Positions 44,398 through 53,919 of a stretch of DNA of 64,000 bases are shown one piece after another. Position numbers and translations under genes: made by a program. The stretch is from Candidatus Omnitrophota bacterium (GTDB lineage: Bacteria > Ratteibacteria > UBA8468 > MWAK01). The number at the start of each line of letters is the position of its first letter. Within the stretch, counting starts at the first letter, position 1. The notes under the pieces were generated by a model. It saw only the letters and a program-made list of their open reading frames with translations. It did no database searches and was not told where the DNA came from. The stretch covers positions 32,001-96,000 of the forward strand of contig JBDRQI010000011.1 of assembly GCA_043826355.1 (NCBI GenBank), in the 5' to 3' direction.

Positions 44398-46394
44398 TGC
44401 TGGCTTCACGCCGCACGCTATTATTTCTTTTTCCTGTCATTTGCCTGGTTTGCTGTGATTTCTTTTCCGGTATTCTCAGAGCCGACCCAGGGCCGGTCTT
44501 CTGGAAAGCGGATAACTCCGAGGCATTTCTTACCTCCGGCGGTGCAGTTTCCGAAGTAATTCTTAAAGGAAACGTCTTTCTTGTTTCCGGAGACCGGACC
44601 ATTACGGCCGAGGAAGGACATTATTTTCCTGATAGACAAGAGGCGGTTATTTCCGGAAACGTACGTCTTTTATTGCCGGCCGGGACGGTTGATACGGACG
44701 AAGCTTTTTACAACTTTCAAAACGGGTTCGGATTTACCGGGCCGGCCACTTTTTCCAACCCGCCCTGGTTTGGAAAGGCCGAACGGATTGAAATAGAGGG
44801 TTCGGATACGCTCCTGTTGCGCAACGGCTATCTTACCACCTGCGACCTTGCACACCCCCATTACCGGGTTACCTTAAAATCAGCCTCAGTCAAGAAAGAC
44901 GAATGGATAAAAATCAGGTCGGCGACCTTTCGCGTGGGAAAAGTGCCGGTTCTTCACCTGCCGGTATTTTCCCAGTCACTGGATTCTTCGGCAGCGTTTG
45001 GGCTCGGTATAAATCCGGTTTTGAATTCTATCGAAGGGTTTCAGGTTTACACAACACTGAGATACAATACCCCCCAGGAACATTACAGTCTGGACCTTGA
45101 TTACCGTGGTGAAGAAGGTTTCGGGTTTGGCCCGGGCCTGAAAAGCAGCCGATGGGGGCAGACCGAAATCAAAACCTATTTCATCCGGGACTTGAAACAG
45201 GATCAGGACCGTTACCGTCTGGAGGCCTGGCACCGTTCCATTTTTCCGAGAGGCTCGGGAGAGGATAATCTCCTGCTGCAGGTTCATAAATTTTCCGATG
45301 CCGGTTTTTTGAAAGATTATTTTTGGAGGGAATACAATCAGGATGTAGCGCGAAACAGTTTCCTGTCCTATTCTTTAAACAGAAAGAATTATTACGCCGG
45401 ATTTTTGCTGGACGGGGAGTTGGATAATTACCATAACCTGACCCAAAGATTGCCGGAATTGACCTTTTTCTCGCCTTTCCGGAAGGCAGTCGGTTCCTAC
45501 TGGCAGGAGGAAGCCGCTTTAAACGTTTTTGCGAAGGAATTTTCCGGTAAAACGGAAGAAACAACCCGTTTCCATCTTACGGAAACCGTGTCCCGGTTTT
45601 ATCCCCTGGCCGGAGGCGTTTTCCGGCCCTTTATCTCCGGAGGCGCAACCTATTATTCGCAGGACCGGTTCGGTGAAGAGAGAACCCGTTATTTTTCGGA
45701 AACTGGTTTTGACCTGGGCTGGAAATTAGCCCGGACCGTTAATCGAAAAAGTGATTCCAACCGGGTTCATTACCTGGAACCGCGGATTATCTTTTTGGCC
45801 AGAGATGTTTCCCTGGCGCCGGAAAAATTATTTTATTATGACGACACAGACCAGATTCAGTCGGACCAACTGTTGAGTTTTCAATTGTTAAACCGCCTTA
45901 AATTAAATAGACCGGAAGGCAGTTTTGAAGAATTGCGTTTTGATTTAAAGGCAGATTATTCCATTAAGCGAGAACGTTTTGGGAACCTGCGGAGTCTGCT
46001 CGTTTTCGACCCGCGCCGGACCCTTACTTTACGAAACGAAAGTGAATTTAACCTGGATGCGGGAAAGTGCGACACGACTTCTACTTCCCTTGTCTGGCAG
46101 AAAAACGGCTATGGTCTCCGGCTTAATCACGGCTATCAAAGAAATGAAAGTCAAACCCTTACCCCGGGTGTATCCATACCATTCGGCAGCAAATGGAGAG
46201 TTGATAGCTACGCCACCTACAATTTAAATGACAGTAAATTTGAAGGAAGGGAAATAAGCATCTGGCGCGACCTTCACTGCTGGGAGAGCCGCCTCGGTCT
46301 TTACCAGGACCAGGCAGAAACGGAAATCTACGTTATCTTTACTCTCAAAGGATTTCCGGAAGATGCGCTTAAGATCAAGTCCCATCTTTACTAA
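44394..46394 (+). CDS. lptD: LPS-assembly protein LptD family
   Basis: N-terminal OstA-like region, TTCD...PHY, VPVLHLP, C-terminal RDLHCWE. Confidence 0.75.
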   Translation: MMLASRRTLLFLFPVICLVCCDFFSGILRADPGPVFWKADNSEAFLTSGGAVSEVILKGNVFLVSGDRTITAEEGHYFPDRQEAVISGNVRLLLPAGTVDTDEAFYNFQNGFGFTGPATFSNPPWFGKAERIEIEGSDTLLLRNGYLTTCDLAHPHYRVTLKSASVKKDEWIKIRSATFRVGKVPVLHLPVFSQSLDSSAAFGLGINPVLNSIEGFQVYTTLRYNTPQEHYSLDLDYRGEEGFGFGPGLKSSRWGQTEIKTYFIRDLKQDQDRYRLEAWHRSIFPRGSGEDNLLLQVHKFSDAGFLKDYFWREYNQDVARNSFLSYSLNRKNYYAGFLLDGELDNYHNLTQRLPELTFFSPFRKAVGSYWQEEAALNVFAKEFSGKTEETTRFHLTETVSRFYPLAGGVFRPFISGGATYYSQDRFGEERTRYFSETGFDLGWKLARTVNRKSDSNRVHYLEPRIIFLARDVSLAPEKLFYYDDTDQIQSDQLLSFQLLNRLKLNRPEGSFEELRFDLKADYSIKRERFGNLRSLLVFDPRRTLTLRNESEFNLDAGKCDTTSTSLVWQKNGYGLRLNHGYQRNESQTLTPGVSIPFGSKWRVDSYATYNLNDSKFEGREISIWRDLHCWESRLGLYQDQAETEIYVIFTLKGFPEDALKIKSHLY

Positions 46395-46463
46395 ATTTCT
46401 TGTGTTTGTACCTATTTTTTGAGTATAATATTAATTTAGGAAAGGATTAAATTTACTGTTTAA

Positions 46464-46535
46464 GGCGGTGTAGCTCAGCGGTAGAGCAAGCGGCTCATAC
46501 CCGCTATGTCTGGGGTTCGAATCCCCGCACCGCCA
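46464..46535 (+). tRNA. tRNA-Met(CAT), elongator-like
   Basis: GGCGGTG/CACCGCC stem, AGCGG-CTCATAC-CCGCT, GGTTCGAATCC; paired 1-72 so not initiator; Ile2 not excluded. Confidence 0.92.
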
Positions 46536-46660
46536 CATTGTAAGATTACTGGGATTCGAAGAGAGCGAAGTCAGGAGCTGCGACGAGAAGGAGCAGCGAC
46601 AGCGAATGGCCGACCCGAGGCGCAGTGAAAGCCGAGCGGCGCCGAATCCCCGCACCGCCA
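46536..46660 (+). other. tRNA-linked structured element (family T), copy 2
   Basis: 18-nt direct repeat 46643-46660 = 46518-46535, 10-nt inverted copy 46551-46560, core shared with the tRNA-Val element. Confidence 0.85.
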
Positions 46661-46715
46661 TATAAAAGTATAGTGAATAGTGAACGGTAAAAAATTTTAA
46701 GTATTAAATTAATTA

Positions 46716-46904
46716 GTTTTTCTTCAAGAGAGGTTTGTTTTTTTTGCAACACTTCGCGGAGTGACAGCAACAAAACAAGCAGTACGACGGCATGAGTAGC
46801 CGTGGCTCACCCGAATTTAGGGTGAGAACACGGAGAGTCTCATGACGGAGTTGCGTAGTTTTGTCTGGCACGCAGCGTGTGTTGCAAAAAAAACAACCGA
46901 ACGC
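46716..46904 (+). repeat. Family G long hairpin element, copy 2
   Basis: TTTTTGCAACAC...GTGTTGCAAAAA outer stem; CTCACCC/GGGTGAG apex. Confidence 0.88.
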
Positions 46905-46907
46905 CCT

Positions 46908-48563
46908 ATGGGATACCAGGTGCTTGCCTTAAAACACCGGCCCAGAACCTTTTCGGAAGTTCGCGGCCAGGAGCAGATCACCACTGCGCTGACCAGAAGC
47001 CTGGCGGAAAAACGGATTGCCAACGCGTATCTTTTTTCCGGCCCCAGGGGCGTGGGTAAGACCTCGGTTGCCAGAATCCTGGCCCGAAGCCTTAACTGCG
47101 TCAACGGGCCGCTTCCGGAACCTTGCAATGATTGTGAGTACTGCCGGGAAATCCTGGAGGGCCGCAATCTGGATTTTTTGGAAGTTGACGGCGCCAGCAA
47201 TCGGGGGATTGACGACATAAGGGCTATCAATGATAATACCCGCTTTATGCCGATTAAGAACCGGTATAAAATCTACCTGATAGATGAAGTTCATATGCTG
47301 ACCGACCCTGCTTTTAACGCAATCCTAAAAACCCTGGAGGAGCCGCCGGAACATGCCAAGTTTATCTTTGCCACCACCCATCCCGACAAACTTCCACCAA
47401 CCATTGTCTCCCGCTGTCAGCGTTTTGATTTTCACCTTATTTCAACCAATGAAATCACCCGCCACCTGGCTGAAATTGCCGGAATGGAAAATATTCGGAT
47501 AGAACCAGCCGCTTTATTGCGTATCAGCCAGTCGGCGGCCGGTTCTTTTCGCGATGGGCTCTCAATTCTTGACCAGCTGGCTTCGTTTTGTTTCGGCGAG
47601 CAGATAACAGCGCTTGACGTGGAAAAGATGTTGAGCCTGGTGCCGGAAAAAATTTATCTGGACGCGATTCAGTTGTTCCGTTCCGGAAATAAGCGGGGTT
47701 GCCTGGAGTTGGTCGCCCGGGTTTCTCAGTCCGGTTACGGCCTTTTCCAATTCGCTTCCGGGGTCCTGGAGTTTGCGCGCCACCTTGTTTTAATCAAAGC
47801 CGGAGCAGGGGACCTGGCAACTGACGCGGTTACCCCTGAATCGGCGCAAACCCTGACCGGGCTCGCCGGCCAGTTTACCATGCCGGAACTCTTAAGTCTG
47901 CTGGAAAAACTTGCCGAAGAACGCGACAGGTTAAAACACGAAGACCTGCTTCAGATCCGTCTGGAAACAATCTTTTTGAAGATGGCTGAGATTTTTGGTA
48001 AATCGGAAAAAGTAATTATTGAGCCGGTTATTCTGAAAGCGGAACCGGTGCTCAAAAAACCTGTTTTGGAAAATCAGGCAGAAGCGGCTGCCGTCAGAAA
48101 AACAATAAAAACGGAAAAAGGGGCGCCGGAAGAGGTTGCGCCGGAAAGACCGGCAACCGACTTGTGGCAGTTATTCCTGGAAGAGGTCGGCAAGGAAAAG
48201 CCGTTTCTTTTGCCGACTTTAAAAGCCGGGCGGCTGAAAAAAATGGAAGCGGTTCACAACGGAAAAACGGTGCACCTGAGTTTTCGGCGGTCGTTTGAAG
48301 AAGGACTCTTAAAAAGCAACCGGGCGGTTCTGGCTGAAATCTGGTCCCGAAAATTTGATTCCGGAAACGTATTATTCGAAACCGTCATTGAAGAGGGAAA
48401 AAAGTTCGATGAAGCCAGGGTTCGGCCGCGCCATTTAAAAAGCGAACCCGGCGAATCGGGGCACTCTGCTTCGGCCAGTCTTATTCCTGAAGAAGAAGAC
48501 CTTGTGCGGCGGGTTCTGGGAATGTTTGACGGAGAGGTAACATCCATTAAAAAGGAGATTTAA
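46908..48563 (+). CDS. dnaX: DNA polymerase III subunit gamma/tau
   Basis: GPRGVGKT, PCNDCEYC, DEVHML, LKTLEEPP, SRCQ. Confidence 0.96.
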   Translation: MGYQVLALKHRPRTFSEVRGQEQITTALTRSLAEKRIANAYLFSGPRGVGKTSVARILARSLNCVNGPLPEPCNDCEYCREILEGRNLDFLEVDGASNRGIDDIRAINDNTRFMPIKNRYKIYLIDEVHMLTDPAFNAILKTLEEPPEHAKFIFATTHPDKLPPTIVSRCQRFDFHLISTNEITRHLAEIAGMENIRIEPAALLRISQSAAGSFRDGLSILDQLASFCFGEQITALDVEKMLSLVPEKIYLDAIQLFRSGNKRGCLELVARVSQSGYGLFQFASGVLEFARHLVLIKAGAGDLATDAVTPESAQTLTGLAGQFTMPELLSLLEKLAEERDRLKHEDLLQIRLETIFLKMAEIFGKSEKVIIEPVILKAEPVLKKPVLENQAEAAAVRKTIKTEKGAPEEVAPERPATDLWQLFLEEVGKEKPFLLPTLKAGRLKKMEAVHNGKTVHLSFRRSFEEGLLKSNRAVLAEIWSRKFDSGNVLFETVIEEGKKFDEARVRPRHLKSEPGESGHSASASLIPEEEDLVRRVLGMFDGEVTSIKKEI

Positions 48564-48566
48564 TTT

Positions 48567-48878
48567 ATGGCGAATTTTATGCAGTCGCTCAAGGAAATAA
48601 GCAAATTAAAGCAAAGCGCGAAAGTTCTGGAGAAAAAATTGCGCGAAGAACGGATGGATTTTTCCAGTCGTGACGGTCGGGTAAAAGGAATTATGAACGG
48701 GAAATTGGAGATTGTTTCCCTGGAAATTTCACCGGATTTGATTTCCGTCCCACAAAAACAAAACCTGGAAAGACTGGTTCTGGAAACCATTAATAACACA
48801 GTCGGACAGATGCAAAACAAGGTTTCCAAGATAGTCAGCAGCCAGATGGGCATCAACCTGCCGGGTCTGGGTTTTTAA
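48567..48878 (+). CDS. ybaB: YbaB/EbfC nucleoid-associated protein
   Basis: Follows dnaX; G.V...MNG..EI..LEI.P, LE.LV...IN. Confidence 0.85.
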   Translation: MANFMQSLKEISKLKQSAKVLEKKLREERMDFSSRDGRVKGIMNGKLEIVSLEISPDLISVPQKQNLERLVLETINNTVGQMQNKVSKIVSSQMGINLPGLGF

Positions 48879-48901
48879 AAGGGATTGCTTAAAAACCCCC
48901 A

Positions 48902-49753
48902 ATGTGGCTTCTTTACCATTTTTTTGCTTTTCTGGTGCTTCATCTGCCGAAAAGGGCATCCCTTTCCCTGGCTCGTTGCCTGGCGCTTTATCAGTATTGG
49001 ACAACTCCGTTGCTTAAACGGCGTCTGCGCGCAAATCTTAGCCAGGTCTTAAAGGAAACCGGTCGGAGCCAGGATGAGTTAGAGAGCCTGGTCAAGGAAG
49101 GCTACCTTAATTTCGGCCGGTATCTGCATGAGCTTTATTTTGTTCCCCGGATAAACCTGGATTTTCTGAAAGACCATCTGGAGATCAGGGGCAGGGAAAA
49201 CCTGGACCAGGCGTTCCGGCAGGGCAGAGGGGTAATCAGCCTTACGGCGCACCTGGGTAACTGGGAATTGGCCGGAATCTTTGCCGCTCTGCTCGGCTAT
49301 ACTATTACGGCGGTGGCTCTTCCCCACCCGGGCCGGTTAATGAACCGTTTTTTTATGAGGAGACGGATGGCCAAAGGTGTAAAAGTGGTTTTGCTGGGCA
49401 AGCAGACTAAACGCTTAATTACGGCGCTCAGGCAGAATGAACTGGTGGCGCTGCTGGGAGACCGGGCTTTCGGACCGCCTTACTTGAATCTGAAATTTTT
49501 CGGCAAAGTGGCTGTTATTCCGGCCGGGCCGGTTCAACTGGCGGTAAAACTGGGCAGTCCGGTAGTGCCGGGTTTTCTGGTGCGGAAAGATGAAAAATAT
49601 ATCTTTTTTTTTGAACCGCCCATTTATCCCGATTTAACGAAAAATGGTCCTGAAGCGGTGGATGATCTGGCAAAGAAATCCATTGTTTGCCTTGAAAAAT
49701 ACATCGGAGCTTATCCAAGCCAGTGGCTGGTTTTTAACTATGTATGGAAATAA
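48902..49753 (+). CDS. Lipid A / lysophospholipid acyltransferase (LpxL/PatA family)
   Basis: AHLGNWE, LLGDR, FFG, YPSQW. Confidence 0.88.
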   Translation: MWLLYHFFAFLVLHLPKRASLSLARCLALYQYWTTPLLKRRLRANLSQVLKETGRSQDELESLVKEGYLNFGRYLHELYFVPRINLDFLKDHLEIRGRENLDQAFRQGRGVISLTAHLGNWELAGIFAALLGYTITAVALPHPGRLMNRFFMRRRMAKGVKVVLLGKQTKRLITALRQNELVALLGDRAFGPPYLNLKFFGKVAVIPAGPVQLAVKLGSPVVPGFLVRKDEKYIFFFEPPIYPDLTKNGPEAVDDLAKKSIVCLEKYIGAYPSQWLVFNYVWK

Positions 49754-49799
49754 TTACAATGATTACGGTAATTACGAAAGGAAGATTACGGTGATTACG
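49752..49799 (+). repeat. Family H orphan GATTAC repeats
   Basis: AATTACAATGATTACGGTAATTAC...GATTACGGTGATTAC. Confidence 0.7.
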
Positions 49800-50846
49800 A
49801 AAAAAAGGGTTCTGCTTTCAGGCAACGAAACTGCTGGCGAAGCCGCGGTAAACGCCGGTTGTTGTTTCTATGCCGGTTATCCGATTACTCCCCAGAATCA
49901 ATTAACCGAGTATATGGGCCGGCGTCTTCCGGAAGTGGGCGGCACTTTCATCCAGGCCGAGAGTGAGGTGGCGGCTATTAATATGGTCTTCGGGGCCGCG
50001 GTAGCCGGGGCCCGGGCCATGACATCCTCATCCAGCCCCGGCGTTTCCCTTAAACAGGAAGGCATTTCCTACCTGGCCGGCTGTGAATTGCCGGCGGTCA
50101 TTGTCAATATGAACCGCGCCGGACCAGGGCTGGGTGATGTAACTCCGAGCCAGTCGGATTATTTTCAATCCACCCGGGGCGGAGGCCACGGCGATTATCG
50201 TACGATTACTTTTGGGCCGCAAAGTCTCCAGGAACTTTACGATTTAACTTATCTGGCTTTTGACCTGGCCGACCAATACCGGAATCCGGTTTTAATTTTA
50301 GGAGACGGTATCCTGGCGCAGATGATGGAACCGGTTACTTTAAAACCGTTTCAGAAAAAATTCCCGGCCAAGCCATGGGCTCTCACCGGATGTTGCGGAC
50401 GGAAGCCCCACAAAATTCTCTCGCTGTTTCTTAAACATGGCGTTTTGGAGGAGCACAACTGGCATCTGGCGAAAAAATACGAAGCGGTTGAAAAGTCCGA
50501 ACAACGCTGGGAAACCTTCCGGACTGATGACGCCGAAATAATTATTGTTGCATTCGGCAGCGCCGCCCGCCTTGCCCGGGCTGCGGTTCTGGCCGGTCGG
50601 GAAAAAGGAATTTCAGCCGGACTCTTCCGGCCTGTTTCCTTATGGCCGTTTCCTTACCAACCCTTGCGTCAATTGGCCGGGAAGTCCTGTAAATTTTTAG
50701 TGGTGGAAATGAATCTGGGCCAGATGGTTGAGGATGTGCGCCTGGCCGTAGAAGGCGCCTCCCCGGTCTCTTTTTACGGACGTCCCGGCGGCGGAGTTCC
50801 GACACCGGAAGAGATACTGGGCTTTGTAAAAAAATTAATAAAATAA
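49791..50846 (+). CDS. vorB: 2-oxoacid:ferredoxin oxidoreductase alpha subunit (VorB-like)
   Basis: [44 protein letters not shown] start inferred. Confidence 0.85.
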   Translation: MITKKRVLLSGNETAGEAAVNAGCCFYAGYPITPQNQLTEYMGRRLPEVGGTFIQAESEVAAINMVFGAAVAGARAMTSSSSPGVSLKQEGISYLAGCELPAVIVNMNRAGPGLGDVTPSQSDYFQSTRGGGHGDYRTITFGPQSLQELYDLTYLAFDLADQYRNPVLILGDGILAQMMEPVTLKPFQKKFPAKPWALTGCCGRKPHKILSLFLKHGVLEEHNWHLAKKYEAVEKSEQRWETFRTDDAEIIIVAFGSAARLARAAVLAGREKGISAGLFRPVSLWPFPYQPLRQLAGKSCKFLVVEMNLGQMVEDVRLAVEGASPVSFYGRPGGGVPTPEEILGFVKKLIK

Positions 50847-51580
50847 TGGAAAAGATAGTTTTTGAGAGAACGGCGGGATTACAGGAAGCCGAAAATAGTT
50901 TTTGCCCCGGCTGCGGCCATGGAATCCTGATACGGCTGGTAGCGGAGGTGGTGGAAGAGATGGGTTTGCGGGAAAAGACCATCGGCATTGCGCCGGTGGG
51001 ATGCGCGGTCACCGCTTATGATTACTGGAATTTTGACGTAACCGAAGCCGCCCACGGAAGACCGCCGGCGGTTGCCACCGGCATCAAAAGAGTTTTGCCG
51101 GACCGGTTGGTCTTCACCTATCAGGGCGATGGAGACCTTGCGGCTATCGGGACTGCGGAAATTATCCATGCCGCCAACCGCGGCGAGAATATTACCACTA
51201 TTTTTGTCAACAATGCGGTTTACGGTATGACGCGCGGACAGATGGCGCCAACTACGATGATTGGCCAGAAGACCACCACAACCCCCTTTGGCCGCGACCC
51301 CAAAGTACACGGTTACCCGATTAAGGTTTGTGAACTTCTGGCCGTTTTAGACGGGACTACTTATCTGGAACGAGTTGCCTTGATTGATCCCGGTTCAGTT
51401 CGCAAGATAAAGGCGGCGCTAAAAAAAGGGTTTGAGTGTCAATTAGCGTGCCGGGGTTTTTCCCTGATTGAGGTTCTTTCGCCCTGTCCGGTTAACTGGG
51501 GTTGTACGCCGGTCCAGGCGCTTGATTTCATCCGAGAGAAGATGCTCGCGGTTTTTCCGCCCGGAATAATAAAAGGGTAA
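50846..51580 (+). CDS. 2-oxoacid:ferredoxin oxidoreductase beta (TPP-binding) subunit
   Basis: [33 protein letters not shown]. Confidence 0.9.
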   Translation: MEKIVFERTAGLQEAENSFCPGCGHGILIRLVAEVVEEMGLREKTIGIAPVGCAVTAYDYWNFDVTEAAHGRPPAVATGIKRVLPDRLVFTYQGDGDLAAIGTAEIIHAANRGENITTIFVNNAVYGMTRGQMAPTTMIGQKTTTTPFGRDPKVHGYPIKVCELLAVLDGTTYLERVALIDPGSVRKIKAALKKGFECQLACRGFSLIEVLSPCPVNWGCTPVQALDFIREKMLAVFPPGIIKG

Positions 51581-51601
51581 CATAATAGTAGTGCGGAATT
51601 T

Positions 51602-51631
51602 TTGACCGGTAATCGCAAACTATGTTATAAT
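51602..51631 (+). promoter_or_regulatory. sigma70-like promoter for ferredoxin-por operon
   Basis: TTGACC-N18-TATAAT with TG extended -10. Confidence 0.7.
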
Positions 51632-51663
51632 AAATAGAGTGTGCTTTACCAAAAGGAGGTAGA

Positions 51664-51849
51664 ATGAAAGTAAAAGTGGACACGGATACTTGTACCGGGT
51701 GCGGACTTTGTGTTGACAGTTGCCCTGATGTTTTTGCGTTAGAGGGTGAAGTTGCCAGGGTAAAGGTTGACCAGGTTCCGGCCAGCGCCGGGGAATGCGT
51801 GCAACAGGCGATTCAAGACTGCCCCGTTAATGCTATTGCGGAAGGCTGA
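51664..51849 (+). CDS. Ferredoxin (single cluster)
   Basis: CTGCGLC...CP...CPVNAI; AGGAGG RBS. Confidence 0.93.
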   Translation: MKVKVDTDTCTGCGLCVDSCPDVFALEGEVARVKVDQVPASAGECVQQAIQDCPVNAIAEG

Positions 51850-51854
51850 CGACG

Positions 51855-52397
51855 ATGATTAAAGAGATGCGAATTCACGCCCGGGCAGGGCAGGGCGCCA
51901 TTACCACCGCCGCTCTGCTTGGAACCGCTGTTTTTGTAGAAGGACAGTATGCTTACGCTTTTCCCAGTTTTGGAGCCGCGCGTATGGGTGCGCCCATGAA
52001 CGCTTTTATCCGTATTTCTGACCGGGTCATCCGGCTCCGCAGCCAGATTTATAATCCGGATTACGTATTAGTGATTGACCCAACGCTTGTGCGGAGTGTA
52101 GACATTTTGGCCGGAGTAAAAGATAATGCGGTAGTAGTAATAAACTCTAAAGAACCGCTTTCTCTTAAACCTAAAGCAGCTGAAGTTAAGATTGTTTACG
52201 TGCCGGCTACCGAAATTGCCATGCGCCATCTGGGGCGCCCCCTGGGCAATACCGCCCTATTGGGAGCATTTGCCGCCGTTTCGGGAACGGTTAAATTGGA
52301 AAGCTTGAAGGAAGTAATCAAGCGCCGTTTTTCCGGAGAGATTGCCGAAAAGAACATCGCGGCTCTTACCGAAGGATGGGAGGCGGCATGCGGATAA
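51855..52397 (+). CDS. porC: Pyruvate:ferredoxin oxidoreductase gamma subunit
   Basis: RIHARAGQG, AFPSFGA.R.GAP, NTALLGAF. Confidence 0.9.
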   Translation: MIKEMRIHARAGQGAITTAALLGTAVFVEGQYAYAFPSFGAARMGAPMNAFIRISDRVIRLRSQIYNPDYVLVIDPTLVRSVDILAGVKDNAVVVINSKEPLSLKPKAAEVKIVYVPATEIAMRHLGRPLGNTALLGAFAAVSGTVKLESLKEVIKRRFSGEIAEKNIAALTEGWEAACG

Positions 52398-52657
52398 AAA
52401 TAACGGCCGAACCGGGGAGCGCCCGAAATAACAAAACCGGTTCCTGGCGGGTGGAAAGAAGGCCTAAATTTCTGCAAAAGAATTGCATTGCCTGCCGGTT
52501 GTGTATTCTGGTTTGTCCGGAAGGGATTGTATCCGGAAAAGAGAAGAATGGTTTTAAAACCGATTATCTTTACTGCAAAGGTTGCGGCCTTTGCGCTGCG
52601 GTTTGCCCCAAGAAGGACATCGAGATGGTTCCCGAAGAAACGGAGAGCGAAAAATGA
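52388..52657 (+). CDS. porD: Pyruvate:ferredoxin oxidoreductase delta subunit
   Basis: KTGSWR, CIACRLC...CP, YCKGCGLC...CP. Confidence 0.9.
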   Translation: MRIKITAEPGSARNNKTGSWRVERRPKFLQKNCIACRLCILVCPEGIVSGKEKNGFKTDYLYCKGCGLCAAVCPKKDIEMVPEETESEK

Positions 52658-53805
52658 AGGATTTTATCGAAGGTTCCGAAGCGGTTGCGCGGGCAGTATG
52701 CCTCTGTAAACCCGGAGTAATTTCGGCGTATCCAATCACACCTCAAACCCACATTGTGGAAGGGCTGGCCCAGATGGTGGCCGACGGTCGTTTAAGAAGC
52801 CAGTTTGTCAACGTGGAAAGCGAACATTCCGCCGCATCGGTTGTTTTGGGCGCGGTGGCCGCCGGAGAACGCGTTTTTACGGCCAGTTCTTCGCAGGGCT
52901 TAATCCTGATGAGCGAGGTTATTTTTAATATTGCAGGAATGCGCATGCCGGTAGTTCTGGCGTGCGTAAACCGGTCATTGTCCGCACCCATTAATATCTG
53001 GAATGATTTGCAGGATTCAATTGCGTTGAGGGATAGCGGCTGGGTGCAGCTTTACGCGGAGAACAACCAGGAAGCCGCCGACCTTATCTTCCAGGCCTAC
53101 CGTCTGGCCGAAGACCCCCGGTCACTTATCCCGGTCATGGTCTGTCTGGACGGGTACGTTCTGAGCCATGGTTTTGAAGTGGTTGATATTCCGGAAGAAG
53201 ATAAGGTGGCGCAGTTTTTGCCGCCGTTTAATCCATTGGAAAAACTGGACACGGCCAACCCCAAAAGTTTCGGCCTTCTGGCCGGACCGGACTATTACCT
53301 GGAAATCAGACATGACTTACACCAGGCGGTTAAGGGCGCTTTAACGCTCATCCCGGAGATTACCGCCGATTTCAAGCGCATTTTCGGCCGCACTTCCGGC
53401 GGTCTGGTAGAACCTTACCGCTTGGGGGATGCGGAGATGGCGATAGTTTCAGCCGGCTCAGTCTGCGGCACGATTAAAGATACCGTGGATGCTTTAAGAG
53501 CGGAGGGGAAGAAAGTCGGTCTCTTGAGAATTATTACCTACCGGCCATTTCCGGAAGAAGCGATTCTCCAGGTGCTGGCAAAAGTTCCGATGATTGCGGT
53601 TCTGGACAAAGCTGTTTCGCTCGGCGCTACCGGACCAATTTATGCAGATTTGAAAGCTGCGTTCCAGGGGAAACCCGCTAAAAAGATTAGCGGCTACATC
53701 GCCGGTCTTGGAGGCAGGGACATTACGCCGGATACGATTAAAGAAATATTCAAAGAACTTTCCGGATCGGAAGCAAGCAACCAGTTTATCGGTTTAAAAT
53801 CTTAA
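52654..53805 (+). CDS. porA: Pyruvate:ferredoxin oxidoreductase alpha subunit
   Basis: AYPITPQT, VESEHSA, SSQGL, YRPFP, GLGGRD. Confidence 0.92.
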   Translation: MKDFIEGSEAVARAVCLCKPGVISAYPITPQTHIVEGLAQMVADGRLRSQFVNVESEHSAASVVLGAVAAGERVFTASSSQGLILMSEVIFNIAGMRMPVVLACVNRSLSAPINIWNDLQDSIALRDSGWVQLYAENNQEAADLIFQAYRLAEDPRSLIPVMVCLDGYVLSHGFEVVDIPEEDKVAQFLPPFNPLEKLDTANPKSFGLLAGPDYYLEIRHDLHQAVKGALTLIPEITADFKRIFGRTSGGLVEPYRLGDAEMAIVSAGSVCGTIKDTVDALRAEGKKVGLLRIITYRPFPEEAILQVLAKVPMIAVLDKAVSLGATGPIYADLKAAFQGKPAKKISGYIAGLGGRDITPDTIKEIFKELSGSEASNQFIGLKS

Positions 53806-53815
53806 ATCCATAAAT

Positions 53816-53901
53816 GTAGGGGCTTGATTTATCAAGCCCGCCCCGTAGAAGGCAACAGCCGCCTATACGGGGTCCGCGGGTCGGATAAATCCGACCCCTA
53901 C
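53816..53901. repeat. Family C REPIN-like doublet, 86 bp (spacer inverted relative to 19788/27398)
   Basis: GTAGGGGCTTGATTTATCAAGCCC...GGGTCGGATAAATCCGACCCCTAC. Confidence 0.88.
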
Positions 53902-53919
53902 AAAATCAAGGAGAACTCT

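Noticed and set aside
46566..46600. SRP RNA (ffs), suggested by GTCAGG...AGCAGC upstream of dnaX
   Set aside because: No GNRA-capped helix 8 and no long SRP stem; the homologous tRNA-Val copy lacks AGCAGC, so it belongs to family T.
46546..46773. ORFs sharing LSLREVLQKKQ.SLEEK (also 60289-60504) and N-terminal extensions of dnaX and pyrC
   Set aside because: Read-through of family G elements; better starts exist at 46908 and 56645.
53824..53919. N-terminal extension of porB and ORF 27169-27546 (GSDKSDPY)
   Set aside because: REPIN-derived; the RBS AAGGAG precedes ATG 53920.
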